From Amoebophrya sp. A120 (lineage: Eukaryota > Protista > Dinoflagellata): a stretch of DNA of 64,000 bases. The position numbers and the translations under genes are program-made. Below are positions 22,358-33,590 of the stretch, one piece after another (positions within the stretch are counted from its first letter, which is position 1; each line of letters begins with the position of its first letter). The stretch is taken from positions 1,040,393 through 1,104,392 of the forward strand of contig CAJINV010000014.1 in the NCBI GenBank assembly GCA_905178155.1, read 5' to 3'. The notes below the pieces were generated by a model. That model was given only the letters and a program-made list of their open reading frames with translations, was not told the DNA's origin and searched no databases.

Positions 22358-25231
22358 ATGGCGTGCGCAGGAGCGTTGCCAAGACGCAGGAGCAGTGCGC
22401 TCCTTGCAGCCTCCACCGTCGGCGTCGAGCGGCTCTCGGTTTTATTCTCTGCGGAATTTCTCTTCCCGGGTGAAGAACTAGGTCGTGGTGTAATGATTCT
22501 TCCGGCCGCCGGGGTGGACGTGGACCGTCGCTTCCTAACGCGTCAGGAAGACAAGAATTACCGCCTCCGCGGGAACACGAACGAGCAGGGAAACAGCAAG
22601 AATTATGCAGCTGGGTCAGCAGCACTTCTGCAAGTGGAAGCGGCCGAGGGGAGGAACCTGCTTCCACTTGTTTTTAGAAAGCGCAGCGGCGCCGGCTTTC
22701 TGGAACAGCAAAGTACGAGGATGAAGGACAGTGACACGGCATCCACATCAGGCCGGGGAAGAGGTGGTGGGCGAAACGGCGGTAACGGCAGCGGGGGCAA
22801 TTGGCGTGAGATTAAAGACGCGAACGGCGGTGCGGGGAAGAATTCTGGGAGCAAAGGAGAAGGCGGAAGCAAAGGCGGAGGCCGAGATAACGGAGCTGCA
22901 GGGGAGGGCGCCGGACAGGGCGGACCAATCGGACAGCAGGGCCAGGAGGCACAGCACCAGCAGGGCACAGCCCAGAGTCATTCTGCAACCGTGGTCTCGC
23001 ATGCAGATGCAACCGAAGCGACCGCCGCGGGGGGAGTCGAAAAAACACAAGAAGCGCAAGCTGAAGAAGTTCTTATCAAGCAGACTTCCGGTGAAGTCGG
23101 CCACCACGGGGGTCACCAGACCGGCGCAGGCCAGGCGGGGCACGGCGGAGAAATCGTGGCGCACCAGGAACGCCAGATTGTTGGCGACCCAAAGAAAACC
23201 TCCTCTTCTCCACCAGCGGAGCCCGCGCCGCCACTCGACGACCCGGAGGACATCGAGTGCGCGCGCAAAGCCGGGTCGGAACAGGAGTGCGAGGGCGCGG
23301 ACCCGGCGGCGCAGCGGTGCTTTTTCCGCCCGGCGTTCTCGGACCCCACGGGGCGCACGGACGAAAACGGGGCCCCCTACGTGTACCCCGCGGAGTGTGT
23401 GGGAGGGAAAAACGGGTGCGACGCGGTCAGCGACCAGCTTTCCTGCGACCAGTTGCCCGTGTGCGCCTGGGTGGACTCCACGGACGAAGTGTTGCTCGGC
23501 GCGCGGGTGGCGGGGTTTGCATTTTTGCAGCCTCACATGTTGGGCGAACTCACCCCGCAAACGTCGCCCTTCCAGGCGCTGGACACCAGCGGGGGGTTGC
23601 TGAAGGAAAGACTCCCCGACGACCGGGAGAGCCGACCGCACGCCGAGCAGTGGTGCACGGCGGTGAAGCACCTTGGCACCTGCGCAATGTTTTCAGCGAA
23701 CGCGGAGCAGTGTGTGCGGCACGGGTGTCCCGGCGTTCCCATGTACCGGCTCGACGCCCCGGCCTCCTCCTGCACCGGCACGCTGGGCGATAACCTCGTT
23801 GCTGGCGCGCCGCCCAGCCTCGGGCCCTGCTGCTTCCGCTTTGCGTTCGGCACCGGAGTGGAGCAAGGAGGTTCGGCGCCGGCGTTGAAGATCGTGAGTT
23901 GCAGTGCCGGAGAAGACCCGGAGGCCCCCGACGGAGAGTTTGGTCCGGTGCATGAGGCGGACATCTGCCCGCGTGATGTGGCCGAGGCGCAGGAGTGGGT
24001 TGTGTCTGGTGCTGAGGGAGGTGAAAGTAGTTCGAACGCGGCGGCGACCACTTCGGGGGGCCAGACGAGCGGAACTTCTGGTACTAATGGCCCCGCTTCG
24101 TCTTTATCCACCGGGATGAGCAATAGCAACGGGGGAATTTTGTTCAGCAGTGGACAACAAGTGACCAACGAATGCGAGGGGAAAACAAGCTCGCGGGAGG
24201 ACTGCGAGGCCGTGGTGGACAGCACCGGCGGGGCATTGTGCTGGTTTCAGGCGGAAGTGACTTCTTCGCCGGACGGCGGTCCAGCCCAGCCGGCCGCCTG
24301 CAATGCCTGGAGCGACCCCGCCCTCGCGAAGAAGGGCTGTCGGCAGCAGGGGTTTGCTACTGCCGACTCCTGCGACGCGTCTCCGCACTGCGTCTGGGTG
24401 GACACCGCGGACGCGGAGAAGCTAAACGTGCAGCTGGGACACGAGTTGCTTGCGGCCCAGGAACTCGGACAGGAGGGAGTCGCACTGAAAGAGGCCCTGG
24501 ATGCACAGGCCAACGGCCTACTGACCGAATCCGCCTACTGTGTCGCGAAGGCCATGCTGCGAACCTGCGACCTATTTGCCTACAACTCGGCGCAGTGCGT
24601 GCAGCACGGGTGCGCGGAGTATCCGATTCAGGCACTAGACGCGCCGACTGCAGCCTTTGCGACTTGCAAGGGCGAGCTGGGCGCGTTCTACAAAATTCCC
24701 TTTGGCAGGGTCGTGACGCTTGACACGCCGTGCGCGGACCGGCTGCCGACTGTGGAATCCTGCGAACTGGCGGAGGAGGGAGAGCAGAGCAAGTGCTGGT
24801 TGGCGCCAGCGGGAGGGGATGCGAACTCGCCCTGGGCGGTGTGTCACGAGTGGTCCGAGGACACGGAGCGGGCGGGGTGCGCGGCAAAGACCGGGGTCTG
24901 CGACGCGCTGAGCTCTTGCACGATGCAAGACTTCTCCGCGGCCGCCGTGTTCGACAAGGAAATTTTGACGGATCTAGGCAAGGCGTTGCTGACGGAGCTC
25001 GAAAGCGTCTGCCTGAACCAGCTGGAAGCCGATGGGTTGGCGGTCGCGAAAGCTTGCGTTCCCGCCTCGAAGCTGGAGACCTGCGAATCGTTTTCGGGGA
25101 ACGCAATGGCGTGTGTGCGAAAGGGATGCGAAAAATTTCCCACCAAAGAAGATCCGACCTGCACGGGCACGTGGGGAGCGAACCTATATCGGACGGAAAT
25201 CAGTCGTTTGGCTTCATCCACTTGTTTTTGA
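22358..25231 (+). CDS. 957-aa Cys-rich protein with three internal repeats (putative surface/secreted), apparently single exon
   Basis: Long ORF with Gly-rich N-terminal part and repeated module C-x6-TC-x2-F-x2-N-x3-CV-x2-GC (CTAVKHLGTCAMFSANAEQCVRHGC; CVAKAMLRTCDLFAYNSAQCVQHGC; CVPASKLETCESFSGNAMACVRKGC). Confidence 0.8.
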   Translation: MACAGALPRRRSSALLAASTVGVERLSVLFSAEFLFPGEELGRGVMILPAAGVDVDRRFLTRQEDKNYRLRGNTNEQGNSKNYAAGSAALLQVEAAEGRNLLPLVFRKRSGAGFLEQQSTRMKDSDTASTSGRGRGGGRNGGNGSGGNWREIKDANGGAGKNSGSKGEGGSKGGGRDNGAAGEGAGQGGPIGQQGQEAQHQQGTAQSHSATVVSHADATEATAAGGVEKTQEAQAEEVLIKQTSGEVGHHGGHQTGAGQAGHGGEIVAHQERQIVGDPKKTSSSPPAEPAPPLDDPEDIECARKAGSEQECEGADPAAQRCFFRPAFSDPTGRTDENGAPYVYPAECVGGKNGCDAVSDQLSCDQLPVCAWVDSTDEVLLGARVAGFAFLQPHMLGELTPQTSPFQALDTSGGLLKERLPDDRESRPHAEQWCTAVKHLGTCAMFSANAEQCVRHGCPGVPMYRLDAPASSCTGTLGDNLVAGAPPSLGPCCFRFAFGTGVEQGGSAPALKIVSCSAGEDPEAPDGEFGPVHEADICPRDVAEAQEWVVSGAEGGESSSNAAATTSGGQTSGTSGTNGPASSLSTGMSNSNGGILFSSGQQVTNECEGKTSSREDCEAVVDSTGGALCWFQAEVTSSPDGGPAQPAACNAWSDPALAKKGCRQQGFATADSCDASPHCVWVDTADAEKLNVQLGHELLAAQELGQEGVALKEALDAQANGLLTESAYCVAKAMLRTCDLFAYNSAQCVQHGCAEYPIQALDAPTAAFATCKGELGAFYKIPFGRVVTLDTPCADRLPTVESCELAEEGEQSKCWLAPAGGDANSPWAVCHEWSEDTERAGCAAKTGVCDALSSCTMQDFSAAAVFDKEILTDLGKALLTELESVCLNQLEADGLAVAKACVPASKLETCESFSGNAMACVRKGCEKFPTKEDPTCTGTWGANLYRTEISRLASSTCF

Positions 25232-26580
25232 ATTTGCGAAGAAGTGTTGACATTGGAAATACAAATACTTGTGATTACAGAATCAATGCCTATGTTGCCT
25301 CCAATGCCACAGCGTGCAAGCACACATATCAATAGATGACTGGCATGCTGGCTGAAGAGCCGTGTAAGGTATAGAATGAATGGCTCTTCTTGTAGTATTG
25401 AGACATGAAAAGGCTTCACCTGTTTGAAGCCTGTTGATGTACGTGTATCTTGCATGTTACTCTAGTGGGTTTGTGGTGATGAAAGTCAAGGATGTTCGTT
25501 TCGATAATCGCGTTGCCAGTGGCGCACCTGGGGACGACAGGGGGACAACCACAAACACAACGAATGCGACGACGGACGGTTCATTGTGCTGCTAGGATCG
25601 ATGTGCCCAACTTATTCTGTGTTATCGTTGACTTTGAAGACATGCTAGAGCTAGTGCGTTTCAATTTCTGTACTACAAAGAGAAAAAGTGTACTACGAGT
25701 AGAAATTTCATTGCCCCTCCTTGTACTCTGAATATGAAGATGCACAGGGTAAGTGGTAGTTAGATTCCCTCCTTTTAATCGCTTTCCGAGATGTTGAAGT
25801 TATTCGTACCTCCACCCCGCAGAGGACAAGAGTCTACTCTTCTTTCTCAACCCTCTGTCTATCACCCTCCTCGACTACGAAGAGACTTGCTGGCATGCAA
25901 CAGATTCTAACGGACAAAGTCGTCTTCTTTTCTTTTTCCCCCAGCCCCAATCCCCTCTCCAGAATAGTACAATGTCTCAGATCCGCTGAAGCATGCGATT
26001 GCTCTTCGATTTCGGCCAGCAGCGCAAGGCTCGCGAAAAAGCCGTTCTACTTGCGGTTTTTTTCTCCTCTGCAGTGGCCATGAGTACTACATGCACAGCA
26101 ACGAGGCACATGCAAATTTGTCGTTCCGTCACTTTTGTGGTGCCATCGTTCAAAACAATCGTCCTGAGTCGTGCCACCCTCGTTTTCGTGCAAGCCCGAT
26201 GTTCATAAATATGTCCGAAGAAGTAGAAGGCTTCTATGGTTCGCGTGCTGCCTTTCCACGTCTCGGCTGGCCGTTTTCGGCCATAGCGTTTTTTTTCGTT
26301 ATTTGTTGGTAGGAAATTGAATCGGAATCCAATCGGATGTAAAGCTGCTCAAGTAGCACCAGGAAGAGTAGCACCCCTCTAGCTCTACTCGTTCTACCCG
26401 AAATATTTACACGCGAGCCGGCTTCGTCTCCTTAATGGAGAAAGAAAAGCACGATTCAACATCTTTACAAAGGCATAATTTTCTTGATTGACGCATTGGC
26501 GAAGTTGTTCCATTCATTCAGACCGCCAGCAGTTGCAGTTTTCATTTCAGATTCGCTTGTTCTTCCCGGACGCGGCGGCC

Positions 26581-27551
26581 ATGATGACGCTGCGGCGCAC
26601 ACCAGTACGGAGATGTTATATCGCGAGTGCTTGTCGCGCGTTCTTCTGCGTCGACCCCCTCTGGTGCAGTCTATGGAACGATTCTGTCCTTCCTGCCGTC
26701 CGCGGCCACATGATGTACTTGAGAAGACTTCCTAACGGCGTCCAGCTGTATGACCTGCAGCGAGGTGGGGCCGACGTGGATGCGTCGGGCCAGCCGTGGT
26801 ACCCGCGCAGGGGCTTGGGGCATGTAGACGGCGAAGGGGGGAAATTAGATGCTGCAAGACGCGGTAGCGGTTTTGGAGAAGATTTCAAGGCACAGAGTAA
26901 CAAGTACACCAGTAGCACGAGGAAAAATCTTCATCCTTCCGCCTCATATCAGAATAAATTGGAGTTGTATAGTAGGGACCTACTAGCATGACGTGTGTAG
27001 TACATATTGCACAAGAATAAATCATTCTGATTATAATCCTGCCGGCAGATAATTCTGATTGAGCACTATGGGGATGGCGGTGGTTCTTTTTGCCTAGGAT
27101 AACGAAGGAGTTTTGCGAACTCGACTCGGACGGCGACGGCATGACCAATGGCCTCGAGCTCGGCGACCCGTGTTGTGAATGGGATCTTGCGACGTACGGG
27201 GATGCAACGGATTTATGGCCCGGCGGCCGGACCGATCTGTCGACCTTGACGCAGCCCGGCTTGGCGGACGAGAAAAGTGTCGTGGACGCGCAAAACGCAC
27301 TGTACGGCAAGGCGGTGGTGTGCACCACGGAGACGGACCAGGGTCTCGGAGCGGCAGCCGCGGAGGGCACGGAGAGCACGCAAGAGCAGGGCGGCGGTGC
27401 GGATAGTGGAGATTGGGCGGACACGGGTACTAGTGGCGGAAACGAGGAGCAGGGCAGCAGCGACACCAAGGGAGGGGCCGGGGGCGCAGGCGACACAAAA
27501 TCAAACTCCAGCTCGAAGAACGAAGGCGGCGGCGGTTTCTTGTGCTGCTAA
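26581..27551 (+). CDS. temptin-domain protein (~258 aa), 2 exons, copy 1
   Basis: YLRRLPNG...GLGH...GFGEDFKAQSNKYT|KEFCELDSDGDGMTNGLELGDPCCEW matches the temptin Cys/Cys domain signature; removing 194 nt joins ORFs 26488 and 27090. Confidence 0.8.
26913..27101. mobile_element. degenerate introner-type intron in the temptin gene
   Basis: tagcacgaggaaaaa ... tttttgcctaggata; repeat accag/acgaa; frame restored inside a conserved domain. Confidence 0.7.
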
Positions 27552-28521
27552 AGAAGTAGCAGACGAATCATCATAGCATTTGACTACATGATAAAAACCA
27601 TGCTGCTCTCCTGACACGTGCATGTCCAAATACTTTTTTTCTCGAAACATAATTTATTCAGTTGAAAATTGACCTTCTTGTAACTGGTGGTGTATGTCGC
27701 AGCACAGGCCGCCCGATCTCGATGTACTTGGCGTTCGGCGAAAAATGTTTCGTACATACTTACTACTCGTTTTGGATATATTTTTCGGTGGCGTTTCACA
27801 ACCTCGGGGTCGGTTCTCTTCACCTCACCAGACGCTCTGTGCGTGTCTTACTGAGTAAGTTTAGCTGTAGCTACCTCATCTGGCTTTTCACCGTCGGTGT
27901 CGTGCTGAAACGTCAACAAATTGATGACGCTGTTGCTGTATTCTAGTTTTGTAGGTTAGTAGCTCATGACTTTCATCGTGCTTCCGTAGGTAGCCGTCGT
28001 CCGCGTTTCGTTCGTCTTATTGACACAGAGCAATCGATTTCCCGGTCGGTTCTGACGCCGGATTATCCGTCTTCTTCGTTCGGTGGTGTGCTGCGTGGTT
28101 CACGTAAAAGTGCATTTTCTACGTGCGTTCGAAAATTTTGCTCTGGTACTCCGCTGCACAACATATTTTTATCTTTCCACGTTGCCCACAGGTGTAGCTG
28201 TTTGGTGACTTCTGTGTTGTACTCACCTACATGTGGGTCCTCTCCTCGCAGCCCATCCCGATATGATATATCACTTTTTGTTTCATCCTAATGAAGAGAA
28301 ACTTCTAACCGCTTCTACCATTTCCCCACCCTGAGTCTCACTGATACGAAAAACTGCCAGTTGTTGCAACGTCGTCTTATACATGGCGATCCAATATTAG
28401 CCGGGTCGCATACACGGCGGCAGTGGCAGGTACCAGAAGCCTTCTAATATACAGCAAGAACAACTTTTCATTTATCGATAAACTTTGATTGTTCAGTCGT
28501 GCGGCAATCGAAAACCGAGAA

Positions 28522-30521
28522 ATGTCGTCCTCTTTGAGCAGTCTGCTGGGGGCCAGTTCTTCCACCAAAAAGGGTCAGCAGAAGAAAACCGAGTTGGTAC
28601 CGAAAAAGTTGCGGAAACAGACGCGCTTCGAGACGAAGCACGAGTTTGAGCACTCGCTGCTGCTGCAAACCTACCAGTCCAAGATTCGGTTCTGGCGCCA
28701 CGTGCTGGACCCGGACAGCCAGGGCCGCATCACCCAGCTCGAGTTCCTCCACAAACTGCGCAACCGGTGCAGCACCAAGCTGGACCTGAACCTGCTCCGC
28801 CTCTGGGAAGCGCTCCTCGTCGGGCCTAGCAAGATGATATCAAAAGTAAAAATGTCTGGGTCTGGAAACTTGTGATGCTGGGTGGCGTCTCATGATGAGG
28901 CTACGAATACTGGCTCAGCATGACAAGTTTCTGAGCTCCTAGGTGTTGCCTATTCTGCATGACAAACTGCGGCTCTGCATCACAGAAAAACGGAGCTCTT
29001 GGGTAACGTGCATGACAGATTTAAGAGTCATGCCAGACAAGCATGACAAACATGAATTCTTCCAGACCCAGACATTTTTACAGTTGATAGATGAGCCGGG
29101 ACGACGATACGGACGAGGAAAGTGTTCCTGCCTCCACGGCGGACCAGAAAATCGACCACTTTGGGGACCAGTTTATGTATCTCCAGCATTTCGCGCCGGA
29201 GGGCACACTGCTGCTGAAGAACTTCCTGCTCGCCCTGCAGATCCACTTTCACGGGCTGAACCAGCAGCAACTGCTAGAGGCCGTGTGGAAGGCGCTGACC
29301 GCCGACAAGGAGCGGGAGCAGATCGACCGCATGTTCACGCCGGTCAACGAGATCGCGCTGGGGAAGCTGCTCGCGAGTTTGCGGTCGCTGGAGGAACGGA
29401 AGCTCGCCATCGACCAGCGGCTCCGGCGCCGGCTGTTTCTGGACCTCACCCGGGTCTCCTCGTTGAACAAAAATCACGAATTTACGTCGAATTCTCGCCA
29501 GTCCCTGATGTTCGAGGACCTGCGTTGGCTGATCTTCGACTTCCCCAAGGGCACGATCATGGAGCGCAGGGCCGATATCAACACGACCACCGGTACAACT
29601 GTGTTTGCGGACCATGCTATGAGCGGCGCAGGAGGACCACGAGCAGGAGGCACAGGTACTAGCAGAGGTAGTACAACAAGTTTTAATCCTAGGTCTAGGA
29701 CCAGCATCTCGCCCCCTACTTCGCTCTCGCTGCACCACGTCGCTGCCGCCGCAGAGGTCCTTTTGGAGAAGTCGCCGCAACAGAGGCTGAAAAAGGAGAT
29801 TTACCAGCGGCGGGAGGGCGTGCTCGAGAAGGAGTCGCTGAAGTTGCACGCGAACCCCAGCGCCTACCAGGAGTACCGGGACGTGCGCAAGATCCAGAAC
29901 GAAATCTCGCGTATGACGCGGGGGAACCGCATCCTCGAGGCGTCTTCAAGCATTCCGGGAGAGGCGGACGGGTTGCCCCTCGGAGCCACGACCGGGAGCC
30001 CGGCTGTTCGGGAGCTCGGCAACGAGCAGCGCCTCATCAAGCTCAAGTACCTTCGGCACCACCTGCCCATCCTGGAGAAGCTGGTCACAGAGGTGCGCGA
30101 CATCCAGCAAATTTTGTTCCACCATCGGACTGGGCGGATCCCCCGCGAACTGCACCTGCTGGAACACACGTATCCACGGCAAATGGGTTTGGGTCTGGAA
30201 GATTGGTTTTTCATGCAATTTTCCCAAGCTCTACAGTGCAAAGAGTCTGCAATGCACCGCTTAGCATCACATGTTCTGCAGCCGCTTGGCAATGCCTAAG
30301 GTTCTGCATGAGAGCAATTCAGCATGCCCAGAAATAGGCATCTTTTGCAAGTCAAGCGAGACAGATATTTGCGTGACCCTGACCCGGAACACTCGTTACA
30401 AATTCACTCTCTTATTTCAGACCCAGACATATTTGCAGTCGATAGCACGTACCTTAAAGCGATTCTGGATTTGGAGAAGGAAATCGAGGGCGAGATTAAG
30501 TGTCTACAGGTGGTGGACTGA
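28522..30521 (+). CDS. ~487-aa protein with one EF-hand-like motif, 3 exons
   Basis: ORFs 28489, 29091 and 30324 join after removing 257 and 279 nt (1464 nt); motif LDPDSQGRITQLEF. Confidence 0.8.
28838..29089. mobile_element. introner, family A
   Basis: Family A TIRs; repeat gatga. Confidence 0.92.
30171..30444. mobile_element. introner, family A (diverged)
   Basis: tatccacggcaaatgggtttgggtctggaa ... ttcagacccagacatatttgcagtcgata; repeat acacg/gcacg. Confidence 0.88.
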
Positions 30522-31487
30522 GAAGTTCCTGCTTCAGCTTGTGCGGTGTCATTTTTTTGATTTATTCATTCCACAGACATAGTGGTCATGGTCATGGACC
30601 TAGACGTAGACCCGGCACTTCTGGTTCTGCTAGGGAAATAAAGCCCTTTTTTGAGCACGGTATTGTGGTTTAATGCTTTCAATGTGAGAAACTACCCTGT
30701 AGTGATCTCCCTGTACTAGAAGGTGCGCTCTTGCAAAAGAAACTTTTCAAAAAGCAGTTTTTTAGTCCGTCGCAGTTGAGGAGGTGTCTATTCCCATTCC
30801 CTCCACTAGTTTCAGAATAATTCAAAAAGAAAAGTTTTTGATCAAGCAGATGACAATCCTTCTTTCAAGGATCTTTTGTCTACTTCCACGCAAAATCGTC
30901 GACGAGGCATAGATACCAACGCCGCTATCGTGGATTGTATTCTTCGCGCCTGCACGGTCAATGGTGTCGTTGTGCTTGATGCTCGGTGTAGTGTTGCTAT
31001 TGTGAGTTGTTTTTGATTTTGGCGGCTTTTTGTCGTATTTCGTGATCGTGTCGTTCCTCAACGTCGTAGTTGTCGTCGGTGTCGTCCAGCATGACAAATG
31101 ACTCTTCGTCCACCTCCTAGATGCGCAGCCGCTCCCACTGTATCACAAGATTAACGTTGGCAATACTATGATATATCATTTTTTTTCTCGTTCGTGCGTG
31201 CACCGCATAGAACGTGGCGACGTTATTTTCTGTGTCAGGTCTCCTACAGGTGGCACTTTCAGGATGGATTTCTTCATCGGTATCGTGCATTCTTCTGCTG
31301 CGTGTACTTATTCTCTGGAAAATTTAAATGAAAATTCAGGTTTCAGGTTGAGGCTGATCACCTGCTCCCCTTACCCTTCTTTTCACATTCGTAAAGTTCA
31401 ATACTTTACTTTGCTAATTCACTTGCGTATTGTAAAATTTGATTTGAATTTGTAGAAGCGATTCATTATTTCACGAAAGAGAGAAGC

Positions 31488-33314
31488 ATGGCGCTAAACT
31501 CTTCGGTCGCAAGCAAAAAAGCCCCGCATGCCGTTTTTCGGCTGGACCCGCGCGGCTGCAGCCTGCTCGCATTCACGATGAGCCAAGGCGTTTTGCTGTT
31601 TCCAGCGGACGCGTTTAAGCTTCTGAATTTGCAGGGTGGCAAAGATAAAGTCAAACGTACGAGCGTTCGCGTAAAGACGACTGCAGGTACGACACACAGT
31701 GCAGAGCGCACGGGGTACGGCGTCGCGGCACTCCAGGAGGAAGAGGGCGATGACGTGTGCGCTTCGAACAGCGACAAGTGGCTGCCCCTGTGCGGAGGCA
31801 ATGATTCGGACTGCGGGAAATTCTTCAGCATCGTGGGGGGAGCGGACTCGGGGGGCGAGGACGGAAACAAATGCTGGGTGGAGATGCCGGAAGTGTGGTA
31901 TGCCCATTCTGGTCAGTTCATTCCGCTGCAGGACATTGAAGATGGGCAGAAAACTCCCCGAGAGTGTGCGGCGAAGTGTGCTGCCGATGCAGACTGCGTT
32001 GGGTATATGCAGTGGGGGGACCCGGTGGCTGAGGGGGAGGACATCGAAACCGCCGTCGCCGACTGTGGGCTGTACCGGAAATCTGATAAACTTACAACTT
32101 CGGAGGCTTGGCTTCACGAAACGGCAAACGCGATCACGCTGCAAGAATGGACTCGCGCTAATTACGGGTGGAGAAGAGGGATCTACCGCTTTTGCGGAGT
32201 CTGTCCGGCGCGTGATTCCCTGCAATGCCCAGCTGGGTATGATCCTGTGGAAAAGAAGCAGATGCAGGAATCTACAACAGAGCTGCGGAAATTGATGTAT
32301 CGCAAAACTGACTTTCGAGTTGGTCCTTGGGAAGCAGTGGATTGCCCCGAGGGTGTCGATTCTTCAAAGGCTTCCTGCGGGCAAAGGGTAATCCAAGATC
32401 CGGCTGATCTGTCGGACTGCAGAGCTGCGTGTGACGGGATGAATTCGCCGACTGCTTGTGGGGGCTTCAGCGGGAAACAGGACGGCGACAAAATCGTCTG
32501 TAAGCTGTACTCTGAATATCAGCTGAGTGACAGGGTAGCCGAGACCTCGGCAGAGGACAACGACTTCGTCTTGTGCTCTCGACCAACGACGACTACTCCG
32601 CCTCCGCTGTCGTGCCCAACGACCGGCACCGATGCCAACTCTACGGCTGTCGCGTTCGAGCTCGTGAACGGGAAAAAGGTCCATTCCGCGGGGGCCTACA
32701 AAACTACGGATCTTGGTGGCGACGCGGCCGACCTCGGTTTGTGCGCCGATGAGTGCGCGCAGGACGAGGCGTGCGCCGCGTTCTCGGGGCACCGAGACGC
32801 AGCCACGGGAGCGGTACAGTGCAGTCTGCACACGCAAGAAACTGTTGATGACGCGGACCTTGTGACTGACATGCCAGCAGGGATGGACAATGTGTTTTGC
32901 CGACGAAGCGTACCTCAACTATCAGAGGCTCCTACCACCTGTCCCGAGCAGGAAATCCAGGTGGGCACCAGCACGGCCACTTTCGAAGCGAGTACGGAGG
33001 CAAAGACGATCAGCGCGAAAATGGCCTCCAGTCCGACCGACCAACAGACGGTGTCGCAGTGCGCGGACTTGTGCGCGCAGTCGCAGGAGCAGTGTGTCGC
33101 CTTCTCTTATGCGACGAGCGAGCAGGAGTGCAACTTGCACAGCCAAGAAAACGTGGACGGCGCGGTCGCGGAAGCGGATCCGACGAAGATCTTGTGCAAA
33201 TTGAAAGTTGCCACGAGCTCGGGGGATGGGAATTCGGGGGATGGGACTTCGGGGGGTGGGACTGCAACTGGGACAGGAGACAACGTCCGTCATACGATTC
33301 AGAAAAAATGCTAG
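31488..33314 (+). CDS. multi-PAN/Apple-domain protein A (608-aa ORF; true 3' end may lie after another intron)
   Basis: Four C-x3-C-x5/8-C-x2-(F/Y)...C-x-L modules, e.g. CADECAQDEACAAFSG...CSLH and CADLCAQSQEQCVAFSY...CNLH. Confidence 0.8.
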   Translation: MALNSSVASKKAPHAVFRLDPRGCSLLAFTMSQGVLLFPADAFKLLNLQGGKDKVKRTSVRVKTTAGTTHSAERTGYGVAALQEEEGDDVCASNSDKWLPLCGGNDSDCGKFFSIVGGADSGGEDGNKCWVEMPEVWYAHSGQFIPLQDIEDGQKTPRECAAKCAADADCVGYMQWGDPVAEGEDIETAVADCGLYRKSDKLTTSEAWLHETANAITLQEWTRANYGWRRGIYRFCGVCPARDSLQCPAGYDPVEKKQMQESTTELRKLMYRKTDFRVGPWEAVDCPEGVDSSKASCGQRVIQDPADLSDCRAACDGMNSPTACGGFSGKQDGDKIVCKLYSEYQLSDRVAETSAEDNDFVLCSRPTTTTPPPLSCPTTGTDANSTAVAFELVNGKKVHSAGAYKTTDLGGDAADLGLCADECAQDEACAAFSGHRDAATGAVQCSLHTQETVDDADLVTDMPAGMDNVFCRRSVPQLSEAPTTCPEQEIQVGTSTATFEASTEAKTISAKMASSPTDQQTVSQCADLCAQSQEQCVAFSYATSEQECNLHSQENVDGAVAEADPTKILCKLKVATSSGDGNSGDGTSGGGTATGTGDNVRHTIQKKC

Positions 33315-33590
33315 CTTTGTACGTTTGATGTCCAGGAGGTCATGCAAAGAGACTCTATGCAAATAAAACATGATTTGTGCGTATTTTTACTATTGATGTC
33401 ATGCATGTGGGCTCGGGGGAGCATGAAAATCAAATTTTTACGAGGTATCCACCCGATACAACTGAAACTTCCTTGCGGCCTGCTTTTGCATCCCTGTGTG
33501 AACAGGAAGGTAACTATGGGTGATGACAAGAAGGACAAATGTATAACGCTGCAGGAATATTTACCCCTCTATACAACTACTCTCGGACGT

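Larger units (their letters stand above)
25776..27655. repeat. 1.88-kb segmental duplication, copy 1 (copy 2 at 43085-44967)
   Basis: Near-identical sequence and matching ORF set at offset 17309. Confidence 0.95.
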
